DNA of 64,000 nt from Chiloscyllium plagiosum. Taxonomy: Eukaryota. The notes under the pieces were generated by a model, which saw only the letters and a list, made by a program, of their open reading frames with translations, was not told the origin of the DNA and made no database searches. Shown in pieces: positions 25,480 through 36,659 of this stretch. The translations under genes were made by a program, and so were the position numbers. The DNA is taken from positions 10,241,182-10,305,181 of the forward strand of contig NC_057754.1 in assembly GCF_004010195.1 (NCBI RefSeq). Reading direction: 5' to 3'. Each line of letters begins with the position of its first letter. The first letter of the stretch is position 1.

Positions 25480-26970
25480 TAGTGAACTATCTGTCTCAAG
25501 AGCAAATGACACATTTGAAAGGTTTGTTGCAGCAATATGAGAAGATATGCAGGAATAAGATGGGAAGGATTAATGCTATTGTGCATGAGTTGGAAGTAGG
25601 GAATGCTGTTCTGATAAACCAACATCCCTACAGGCTTAATCCTTTAAAGCCAAACAGGTCCAGAAGGAAGTGGATGCGATGCTCAACGAAGATGTCATCA
25701 AACCGAGTCAGAGCAAGTGGAGTTCACCGATTGTGTTAGTTACTAAACCTGACAGGACTCAATGATTTTGTGTGGACTGTCGGAATATCAATGCCATAAC
25801 AAAATCAGACTCATACCCAATACTAAGATTGAAGGACTGTATAGAGAAAGTTGGACAAGCCAGTTGAATTTACTGCGCGTTTATTGGCAGGTACCTTTAT
25901 CAATGAAAGCAAAAGAAATTTCTGCATTTGTAACCCCAAATGGGTTGTATCAATTCAAAGTGATGCCTTTTGGAATGAAGAACATGCAGGCCAATTCCAA
26001 GAACTCATGAACAGAGTTGTGGCTGGGTTATCAAACAGTGCAGTATAGCTGGATGATGTCGTGATCTTCAGTGAGTCATGGAAAATCACATGGTACAGTT
26101 GTCAGAGCTCTTTGAATGATTAAGAGAAGCAAAACTGCTAATAAACTTTAAGAAAACAGAATTCATGAAGTCAGAGGTGACGTTCTTGGCACATAATGTG
26201 CAGGTTAAGTGAATTAGCTATGCTAAATTGCCTACAGTGTTTTGGGATGTGTATTAGGTGTATTAGTCTGGGAAGGTTACTCTTTGGAGGGTCAGTGTGG
26301 ACTTGTTGGGCCGAAGGGTCTGTTTCCACACTTTAGGGATTCTACATCTATCTATAACATCAATCATAGAACGCAAAGACAAAGGCCATTGGGGAATTTC
26401 CACAAGCTGCCTCAAAGGAAGAGGTGCTTTGATTTTTGGGACTAAGCGGATTCTATCAGACATTTATTTCAAACTTCAGCAGTGTAGTGCCACTGCTAAC
26501 GGATTTACTAAAGAACACAAAATTTCGGTGGAAAGAACAATGCCAGGAGGCATTTGACAATTTAAAAGCAGTATTAACCACTGCACCAGTTTTAGCTACA
26601 CCAAACGTTTTGAAATCCTTCAAAGTTACAATTGACATTCACAACATAGGTGTTGGAGCTGTACTGCTACAGGAAGATGATGATGGAACTGAATAGCCAA
26701 TTGGTTTCTTTTCAAAGAAACTTAACACCCACCACAGATCAAACAGGACTTATTGAGTTTGGTAGCGGCCTTACAACATTTTAATGTTTATGTGACAAAC
26801 AATGTTGGAGACGGTTGTGCACACGGATCACAATCCTCTTACATTCTTGGAACAATTTAAAGATAAGAATGAGACTATTTCGTTGGAGTCTTATATTAGA
26901 CTTTTAATTTACAAATTGTACATGTTATGGGTCATAAGGTTGTGATAGCAGACGCGTTATCGTGGATTTA
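25480..26970 (+). pseudogene. pol: Gypsy reverse transcriptase and RNase H
   Basis: QHPYRLNP, SEWSSP-like, YWQVPL, SAFVTPNGLYQFKVMPFGMKN, *LDDV, GVGAVLLQE, HTDHNPL. Confidence 0.88.
26195..26345 (+). mobile_element. HE1 SINE 3' fragment in Gypsy pol
   Basis: atgtgcaggtta..tgctaaattgcc..ttgttgggccgaagg. Confidence 0.85.
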
Positions 26971-27156
26971 ATGGATAAAGTATAGATAAGATTGAACAAA
27001 TACCAATTTTTTATATATGTGTGTGTGTGTGTGTGTAGAAATTAATATGAACTTGGATTAATGCCCAATGTATTTCCTTGTAATGGAGGTTAAGAATTAG
27101 AAAAAAAATTAAGCCATCTTCTCATTATGATGGTTCATCTTTTTCTTAAGGGGCGG

Positions 27157-28214
27157 TGTTATTGAAGTTGAAGGTGTGTACTGTACCTTTAAGAGAGTGA
27201 ATGCTGTATGCACTGAGCGCTTGCAGGCACTTATGTGACTGACTAGCAGTCTCAGACTGTACTGGAAAATTGAAAATATGTGATACTTACTGTAATCTAT
27301 ATACGTCAGTTGGTTTGACCACAAGTCGAATTGAACTAATCAGTTTAAATTATACCCCACTATACTGAAACCCAATCGAGTTTGAATTTATTGTTTTTGC
27401 CAACCTCTGAACTAATGAGACAATCCGGTGTTTGGGGTATTAAAAAAAGCAGACATTTTGGTAAGTTAGACAGAAACTAACTTCCATTGACAGATTTGGA
27501 GATGCCGGTGTTGGACTAGGGTGTACAAAGTTAAAAATCACACAACACCAGGTTATAGTCCAACAGGTTTAATTGGAAGCACACTAGCTTTCGGAGCACC
27601 ACTCCTTCATCAGGTGGTTGTGGAGGACACAATTGTAAGGCACAGAATTTGTAGCTATACTGGCTATAAATTCTGTGCCTTACAATTGTGTCCTCCACAA
27701 CCACCTGATGAAGGAGCGACACTCCAAAAGCTAGTGTGCTTCCAATTAAACTTGTTGGACAATAACCTGGTGTTGTGTGATTTTTAACTTCATTGACAGA
27801 GTAACTGCCAGCAAAACACTCACTATCAAAGGTATCTTTTTCATATGAAACATCTTTGCAGCAATAGACCAAAGATGACCCAGGAAAATCTTCAGCCAGA
27901 GGGAGAAGATACCAATGACAGCCGCTGTGGTTTTGAAATTAAGTTGATGTAATTTTAATAAACTTTTCAATTGGAACTGCATATGGTTATAGAGTTGGAG
28001 GCAGATAACAGGCATTTAAGAGAAAGGAGGTTTCGAGTTACAAATAGTTGTTCAATGTTCACTTTTAGAGTTAAAGAATAAATTGAATTTTTTTCTTTAA
28101 ATAGTGGAATTTGGGAGTTCACGGTCGCTCATACTTTAACAGATTACAAGGCGAGGTGAGCTTTTCTGGGTGTTTGGTTTAATTAGCAGAAGGGTTCACC
28201 GCCGTGTCGTAACA
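27157..28214 (+). repeat. 3' LTR of the Gypsy (contains a ~297-bp insert)
   Basis: PPT aaggggcgg then TGTT...gtaaCA. Confidence 0.88.
27493..27789. mobile_element. Palindromic Penelope-derived insert with a hammerhead motif on each arm
   Basis: ~130-bp near-perfect inverted arms centred at ~27660; TSD cattgaca; absent from the 5' LTR. Confidence 0.85.
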
Positions 28215-28690
28215 TTATGTTAGAGGCAAAGTGCGAGCATGGATAGAGGCTTGGTCGTCTGGCAGAAAGCAGAGAGTGGGGAGAAAACGGTCCTTCTCAG
28301 GGTGGCAGCTGGTGATACATGGTGTTGTGCGAGGCTCATGTTGGGGTCACAACTTTCACTTTATATATTAACGATCTCGATGAAGGAACTGAGGGCATTC
28401 TGGCTAAGTTTGCTGATGATACAAAGATAGATAGAGGGACAGGTAGCATTGAAGATGGGAGGCTGCAGAAGGATCTAGACAAGTGAGGTGAGTGGGTAAA
28501 GAAGTGGCAGATGGAGTACGATATGGGTAAGCGAGGTCATTCACCTTGGTAGGAGGAATAGAGGCACGGACTTTTTTTTTAAATGGGGAGAAAATTCAAA
28601 AGTCTGAAGTGCAAGGAGGCTTGGAAGTTCTAGTCCAGGATTCTTTCAAGGTAAAATTGCAGTTGATTCAGTAGCTAGGACAGCAAATGC
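28215..28690 (+). mobile_element. CR1 RT fragment, right flank of the Gypsy
   Basis: YINDLDEG..KFADDTK..LQKDLD. Confidence 0.85.
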
Positions 28691-28782
28691 AAGAATAAAT
28701 TGAATTTTTTTCTTTAAATAGTGGAATTTGAGAGTTCTCAGTCACTCATACTTTAACAGATTACAAGGCGAGGTGAGCTTTA
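28691..28782 (+). repeat. Direct copy of LTR segment ~28074-28164
   Basis: aagaataaattgaattt..acagattacaaggcgaggtgagcttt repeated. Confidence 0.85.
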
Positions 28783-28943
28783 CTGAGAGGACTTGAATAG
28801 TATACTTAAGAGGGAAATCAGGAGGTCAAAACGGGGACATGAGATAGCTTTGGCAAGTAGAATTAAGGAGAATCCAAAGGGTTTTTACAAATATATTAAG
28901 AACAAAAGGGTAACTAGGGACAGAATAGGGCCCCTCAAAGATC

Positions 28944-29031
28944 CTGAAGAAGGGCTAATGCCCGAAATGTCGATTCTCCTGTTCCCTAGATGCTGCCTGA
29001 CCTGCTGCGCTTTTCCAGCAACACATTTCCA
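28944..29031 (+). mobile_element. Short Penelope-like insert starting at the hammerhead core
   Basis: ctgaagaagggctaatgcccgaaatgtc; 13-bp TSD cccctcaaagatc. Confidence 0.8.
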
Positions 29032-29217
29032 CCCCTCAAAGATCAGCAAGGTGGCCTTTCTGTGGAGCCACAGAAAATGGGGGAGATACTAAATGAATAT
29101 TTTGCATCAGTATTTACTGTGGAAAAGGATATGGAAGATATAGACTGTAGGGAAATAGATGGTGACATCTTGCAAAATGTCCAGATTACAGAGGAGAAAG
29201 TGCTGGATGTCTTGAAA

Positions 29218-29897
29218 NNNNNNNNNNNNNNNNNNNNNNNNNNNNNNNNNNNNNNNNNNNNNNNNNNNNNNNNNNNNNNNNNNNNNNNNNNNNNNNNNNN
29301 NNNNNNNNNNNNNNNNNNNNNNNNNNNNNNNNNNNNNNNNNNNNNNNNNNNNNNNNNNNNNNNNNNNNNNNNNNNNNNNNNNNNNNNNNNNNNNNNNNNN
29401 NNNNNNNNNNNNNNNNNNNNNNNNNNNNNNNNNNNNNNNNNNNNNNNNNNNNNNNNNNNNNNNNNNNNNNNNNNNNNNNNNNNNNNNNNNNNNNNNNNNN
29501 NNNNNNNNNNNNNNNNNNNNNNNNNNNNNNNNNNNNNNNNNNNNNNNNNNNNNNNNNNNNNNNNNNNNNNNNNNNNNNNNNNNNNNNNNNNNNNNNNNNN
29601 NNNNNNNNNNNNNNNNNNNNNNNNNNNNNNNNNNNNNNNNNNNNNNNNNNNNNNNNNNNNNNNNNNNNNNNNNNNNNNNNNNNNNNNNNNNNNNNNNNNN
29701 NNNNNNNNNNNNNNNNNNNNNNNNNNNNNNNNNNNNNNNNNNNNNNNNNNNNNNNNNNNNNNNNNNNNNNNNNNNNNNNNNNNNNNNNNNNNNNNNNNNN
29801 NNNNNNNNNNNNNNNNNNNNNNNNNNNNNNNNNNNNNNNNNNNNNNNNNNNNNNNNNNNNNNNNNNNNNNNNNNNNNNNNNNNNNNNNNNNNNNNNN
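29218..29897. other. Assembly gap
   Basis: N run. Confidence 1.
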
Positions 29898-30251
29898 GGG
29901 GTCAGGGAGTCCAGAACTAGAGGTCATAGGTTTAGGGTGAGAGGGGAAAGATATAAAAGAGACCTAAGGGGCAACCTTTTCACACACAGGGTGGTACGGG
30001 TATGGGATGAGCTGCAAGAGGAAGTGGTGGAACAATTGCAACATTTAAGAGGCATTTGGATGGGTATATGAATAGGAAGGGTTTGTAAGGATACGGGCCG
30101 GGTGCTGGCAGGTGGAACTAGATTGGGTTGGGATAGCTGATTGGCATGGATGGGTTGGACTGAATGATCTGTTTCCATGCTGTACATCTCTATGACTCTA
30201 TGTGGCCTGACCAGAGGCTTACAGAGCCTCAGAAGTACATCCCCGCTTTTA

Positions 30252-30990
30252 TAGAGTCATAGAGAGGTACAGCATGGAAACAGATCGTTCGGTCCAACCC
30301 ATCCATGCCGACCAGCTATCCCAACCCAATCTAGTTCCACCTGCCAGCACCCGGCCCGTATCCTTACAAACCCTTCCTATTCATATACCCATCCAAATGC
30401 CTCTTAAATGTTGCAATTGTTCCACCACTTCCTCTTGCAGCTCATCCCATACCCGTACCACCCTGTGTGTGAAAAGGTTGCCCCTTAGGTCTTTTTTATA
30501 TCTTTCCCCCCTCACCCTAAACCTATGACCTCTAGTTCTGGACTCTCCGACTCCAGGGAAAAGACTTTGCCTATTTACCTTATCCATACCCCTCAATTTC
30601 GTTACCCTCTATAAGGTCACCCCTCAGCCTCCGATGCTCCAGGGAACACAGTCCCAGCCTGTTCAGCCTCTCCCTTTAGCTCAAATCCTTCAACCCTGGC
30701 AACATCCAGGGAAAAGACTTTGCCTATTTACCTTATCCATACCCCTCATAATTTCGTTACCCTCTATAAGGTCACCCCTCAGCCTCCGATGCTCCAGGGA
30801 ACACAGCCCCAGCCTGTTCAGCCTCTCCCTTTAGCTCAAATCCTTCAACCCTGGCAACATCCTTGTAAATCTTTTCTGAACCCTTTCAAGTTTCACAATA
30901 TATTTCCGTTAGGAAGGAGACCAGAATTGCACGCAATATTCCAACAGTGGCCTAACCAATGTCCTGTACAGCCACAACATGACCTCCCAA
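30252..30990 (-). mobile_element. CR1 3' end, inverted near-duplicate of 29898-30201, with an internal ~150-bp tandem duplication
   Basis: ORFs 29924-30187 and 30274-30528 are near identical; ~30553-30705 repeats at ~30706-30860. Confidence 0.88.
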
Positions 30991-31490
30991 TGTGTGCAGT
31001 TTTGTGCCCTATATCTCAGGAAGGATGTACTGGCCCTGGAGCATGTTCAGAGGAGATGCACAAGAATGGTCACAGGAATGAACAGCTTAACATATGAGGT
31101 ACATTTGAGGATTCTGGGTCTATACTCAATGGAGTTTAAAAAGGATGTGGGGTGATCTAATTGGGAAGATGTTTCCATTGGTAGGAGAGACGAGAACTCG
31201 AAGGCACTGCCTTAGAATAAAGGGAAGACCTTTCAGTACAGAGATAAGGAGAAACTGTTTTAGCTAGAGAGTGGTAAAAGTATGGAATTCAATGTCACAG
31301 AAGGCTGTGGAGGCCAGGTCATTGAGTATATTTAAGACAGAGATAGATAGGTTATTGATTGTAAAGGAAATCAAGATTAATGAGAGAAAGTGACAGAATG
31401 CGGTTGAGAAACCAGTCAGCCATGATTGAATGGCGGAGCAGACTCAATGGGCTGAATGGTCTAATTTCTGCTCCAATGTCTTATGGTCTT
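30991..31490 (+). mobile_element. CR1 3' fragment
   Basis: CVQFCALYLRKDVLALE; tail atgtcttatggtct. Confidence 0.8.
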
Positions 31491-33780
31491 TCCTCACAGT
31501 CTGCTGCACCTGCAGGCCAACCTTCAGCAATTGTTCCACCATTACACCCAGGTCTCGTTGCACCTCACCTTTTCATAAACTGCCACCATTCAGATAATAA
31601 TCTGCCTTCCTGTTTTTACCACCAAAGTAGAAAGCCTCACATATATCCACATTATATTGCATTTGCTCACTCAGCCAAGTTACCCTGCAGCCCCTCAGCA
31701 TCCTCCTCACAGCACACACTGCCACCCAGCTCAGTGTCATCTTCAAATTTGGAGATATTGCATTCAATTCCTTCTTCCAATTCATTAATGCATATTGTGA
31801 ACAGCTAAGATCCAGCAGTGAACCCTGCGATACCCTACTTGTCGCTGCATGCCACACTGAAAAGGACCTGACACAGGAACTGTACCAAACAGGTATGTGC
31901 CCTTCGGCCCATGATGTTCTGTCAAATTAAAACTAATCCTTTCTGCCTGCCATTGGTCGATATCCCTCCATCCCTTGCCTATTCATGTGCTTATCTGTAA
32001 ATTACTTAAATGCCCATATAATCTCTGCCTCCCTCACCACCCCTGGCAGCGTATTCCTACTACTCTCAGTTTAAGAAATTTGTTCCTCACTTCTCCTTTG
32101 AACTTTCCTCCTCTCACCTTAAATGTATGTTGCCTAGTTTTTGACATTTCAGCTCCAGGAAGAAGATTCTGATCGTTAAACCGATCATGAATCTCATTAC
32201 TTTATAGTCTTCTAACAAGTCTCCCCTCAGCCTCCGTCTCTCCAGAGAAAACAACTTGAGTTTTTTCTAGCATCTCCTTTTCATCCATATCGTCTAATCC
32301 AGGGAACATCCTGGTAAACGTTTTCTGCACCCTCTCCAAAGCCTTCACCTCCTTCCTGTAATGTGGAGACCTGAATTGAATGCAGTACTCTTTAAGTGTG
32401 GCCTATCCAAAGTCTTATAAAGCTGCAGCTTGACATCCCAACTCTTGTACTCATTGACCTGACCAATAAAGGCAATTTTGCGATACATTGTCTTGACCAC
32501 TATCTACTTGTGTGGTCACTTTCAGGGAGCTCTGGACTTAAACCCCAAGATCCCTCTGTGCATCAATGCTGTTCAGGGTCCTGCCTTTAACTGTGTACTC
32601 TTCCTTAACATTTGCTCTCCCAAACTGCAGCACTTCACATTTAACCGGATGAAACTCCATCTGTTATTTCTCCACCCACAACTGATCCATATCCACTGTA
32701 TCATTTGACAACATTCTACATTATCCACACTTCATCATTCTTTCCATCATCTGCAAATTAACTAATTCACCAACTACATTTTCATCCACGTCATTTATAT
32801 ATAAGCAGAGGCCCCAGTATGGATCCTGTGGAACACCGCTCATCATGGAACTTCAGCCGGAAAAATACAACTACCCTCTGCTTTCTATGGGCAATTCTGA
32901 ATCCATGCAGCCATTGTGGATCCCATGCATCTTAATCTTCTGGATGAGTCTACCATGAGGTATCTTGTCAAAAACCTAAAATTCATGTCGACAACATTCA
33001 CTGTGCTCCCTCATCAATCACCTTTGTCACTTCCTCAAAAAATTCAATCAAGTTAATGAGACCATGACTTGCTCTACACAAGGCTATGCTAATTCTTCCT
33101 AATTAGGCCATACCTTTCCAAATACACATAAATCCTAACCCTAAGAATTCTCTCCAGAAGCTTAGTTTCCTGGATTATCTCTCTTTCTCTTCTTGAGCAG
33201 GGAAACATTAGCTACTCGTCAGTCCTCTGGGGACTTCTCCAGTGGCTAAGGAGGATACAAAGATATTGGTCAAGAACCAAGCAATCTCCTCCCTTGCCTC
33301 TCTCAATAACTTGGGGTAGATACCATCGGGCTCTTGGGACTTATCCACCTCAATGCTCAAGGAACCCAACACCACTTTCCTAATTTCAAAATGAACTAGC
33401 GCATTAGCATGCTCCATACTAATCCTAGTATTCTCCACATCCTTCTCCTGTGTGAATACCCATGCAAAGTAGTTATTTAGGATCTCACCCACATCCTCTG
33501 ACTCCAATCAAAGTTTCCTCCTTTATCCTTGAGCGCTCCAACCTTCTCCCTCGTTATCCTCTTATTTTTTAATGTATGTATAGAATGCTTTGGGATTCTC
33601 TTCAACCTTACTTTCCATGGTCAGTTCATGGCCCCTCCTTGCTCTCCTAATTCCCTGCTTGAGTTCTTTGCTGCTTTCTTTATATTCTTCACAAGCTTCC
33701 TATACCTTACATATGCTTGGTCTTACATTTTGACTAAATTCACAACCTCCCTAAGGGTCCCTTACTGTTTCATGAAACCC
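31491..33780 (-). mobile_element. Two degraded CR1 fragments
   Basis: ORF 31573-31857; ORF 33208-33507 (ILNNYFAWVFT, PDGIYPKLLREAREEI). Confidence 0.82.
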
Positions 33781-34479
33781 TCTGGGATGAACTTAATATA
33801 CTCTGCGAGCTAAGCCTCTTGCTCTAAAGAAGGGCAACTTTCTTGCACTCTTGACAACACAATCAACAGCAAGTATTTCCAGATCATCAATTCCAAGCTG
33901 ATACCACAGCGAAATCGAATAGTGTCCTCCATTCACTAGCACCTCAATATAACGACCTTTCACTGCGAGGTAAAAGGTTTGTCCATTGGGTCTGTGCAAG
34001 AAGATTTCCAAGATTAGTATCAATGTGAAGGTGTCACTGGTTTGAGCACCTCATCTGAGGAAGGAAAGACTGGGGAACAGTCCAAACGTACCCCATTGAT
34101 TCCTGGATTATATTATGAGCAGAGGCTGCAGATGTCAATCTTGGATTCATTATGGCAGAGAAAGAAGTAATTTGGCTTGTTTCATCAATGCCAACTCTCT
34201 ATAAAGGAATGTAGTCTCTCTAATTCCACTACACCATCCCCAAAGCATTGCAAGCTTATTTCCCTTACATGTTTATCTACTTTCCTTTCCTTAAGTCATT
34301 GATAATCTTCATTTCCATCCATAAGGAGAGAGCTCTGGGTAATACCACCAGGCTTATGCCCAAAACATCAATTCTCCTGCTCCTCGGATGCTGCTTGGCT
34401 TGCTGTGCTTTTCCAGCACCACACTCTCAACTTTGTAAATGGTTGGGTCTAAAACACTACCCAACCTTGTAGAATTTAC

Positions 34480-34930
34480 ATAAATCATTTAAATGAGGGG
34501 ACTGAAGGAATGGGTAGCGAAAGATGGATAGAAAACTTCATAAGGGGTTTACCAACAAACTTTGAAAGATTTAATGAATAGGCAAAATATCTTGCAAATG
34601 GAGTCATGCATTTCATCAGGAAGAATAAATAAAAGCAGAATACTACTTTTAAATGAAAATGCAGAATTCTGAAGTGCAGTGGAATTTAAAACATGAGTCA
34701 GAGTTAGTTTGCAGATGCAGCATGCAATCAAGAAAGCTGTTGGGCTGCTATACTTTATTATGACAGGAATTGAACATAAATATAAGGATGTTCTGCTTTA
34801 TTTGTGCAGGGAATTGGTGAGTTTCACATCTCAAATATTGTATGTGGTTTTCATCATCTCCTTTCAGGAAGGGTGTAAATTTATTGGAGTTATTCAGAGG
34901 TGGTTTACAAGATTGATGTCTGGAAAAGGT
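34480..34930 (+). mobile_element. Degraded CR1 RT C-terminal fragment
   Basis: ORF 34709-34993 QHAIKKA..YKDVLLYL..QRWFTRLM. Confidence 0.7.
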
Positions 34931-35450
34931 GACTGTGACAGTGAACCCGAGAAGCACCTTCTGGGGAGGAGAATTGGGGTAAAAGCAAGGTGATCATCGG
35001 GAATGAATTAACTTTTCAAACTTCGATAAGATAAACTTATGCAGGATGCAGGATGCAGTAAGTTATATTTTCCACCATCCAGTATATTCACACCATCCAG
35101 TATAATATGTTCTGAATGTCTAACATGGATATAAAATAAGTTTTGTACAACTATATTCTCCTTGAGCAGTCGGTGAAGATTGAGGATGACTTGCTTCCAC
35201 TCCTGGGTTGTGGGTTGAGGTTATTAAGTAGTGCAAGGTTAATAAATAGTCCACAAGCACTGGGTGTGATGCTTGGATTTTCACATGCTTTTTCCATTCT
35301 TAATGTTGATTTTCCATCTGGGCCTGTTCGAGATGCTCAGAAGTATTGACTTCTTCACAGATACTACTCCTGCAAAGTGGATAGTACTGAGTGAATGGGG
35401 ATATTGTACTTTTTCAGGGAAAATGTAAAGACATACTAAATGTATTTCTC

Positions 35451-35757
35451 AGAGAAAGTGAGGACTGCAGATGCTGGAGATCAGAGCTGAAAATGTGTTG
35501 CTGGAACGAGATGCTCAGAAGTATTGACTTCTTCACAGATACTACTCCTGCAAAGTGGATAGTACTGAGTGAATAGGGATATTGTACTTTTTGTTTCAGG
35601 GAAAATGTAAAGACATACTAAATGTATTTCTCAGAGAAAGTGAGGAGCAGGAGAATCGACGTTTCGGGCATGAGCCCGAAGAAGGATTCATGCCCGAAAC
35701 ATCGATTCTCCTGCTCCTTGGATGCTGCCTGACCTGCTGCGTGTTTCCAGCAACACA
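35451..35757. mobile_element. Rearranged Penelope-like terminal pieces with duplicated flank
   Basis: Inverted gacgtttcgggcat../..atgcccgaaac; taaatgtatttctc occurs three times. Confidence 0.72.
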
Positions 35758-36659
35758 GTAAATGTATTTCTCGGTCAACCTGGAAATCTCTTTCCATGAG
35801 GATGCTCATTCAGATTAGGGAGCTTGTTTTGGAGGTTCTATGTTAGGCATGCAGATGATGTGAACGGCCCAATGCAGCTGATTGATCATAACCAGTGCCT
35901 CAGTTCAAATTCTTCAGCTTGATCTGCACTTTTTATAACTTTTTATAGGGGTGAGGTACGGAGCGAAACAGATACCAATGCCAAATCAATAAGCCACAAG
36001 AACGCCCGATAACCATCAATAAAAATAGATAGAATATCGTGACAATGAATGATGAAATGCAATCAGTGCTGGATTGAATAACTGCTTCCCAAATTCCTTT
36101 TAATATCTCAGAATCTGTCTCATTTAAAAGTAAGGTTTTTTGGTGGGGACTGAGAAATGCTAAAGTGGAAGCAGATGGCGTATTAATAACATGTTCGTAA
36201 TGTACTTGGAGCTTGATTATTAATGCAATTACACCCAGTTTATTCATTTTTATAAGCAGCAAATGAGTGTAACAGGATCCTGATTATTCATGTTGTAGGG
36301 CTCTGTTTATTAATTGTAATAAATTTGTTACTCTACATATTAGTAGCAATCATTGGTGAAATATCTCCCAGTTATTGAAAGGAGAAATAATTGATTATAG
36401 ATGAAACAGAAACTGTGTAAATAAATACTGCTTCATTATAAACCCACAAAATTGAATCTTAAAACCAAGGTTGCTATTTGGCCCATTGCGCTGGTACTGT
36501 CTCTGAAAATTTCTCATTCCCCTCCTTTTTCTTCAATGGCCTATGCCATTGAAGTCCCCTGGGTTCTAAACTGAACAACCAGGGGAGACATCCAAGCTAC
36601 ATCCACCCTGTAAGAACCTTCCAAGTTTCAATGAGATCATCACTCATTCTCCAAGTTCA

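Larger units (their letters stand above)
19868..28214 (+). mobile_element. Gmr1-like Ty3/Gypsy LTR retrotransposon (gag-PR-IN-RT-RH), decayed
   Basis: Two homologous LTRs; integrase (~22.7-25 kb) precedes RT (~25.5-26.2 kb) and RNase H. Confidence 0.9.
28785..30201 (+). mobile_element. CR1 spanning the N gap
   Basis: IKENPKGFYKY..ILNEYFASVFT before the gap; 3' end and tail after it. Confidence 0.85.
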
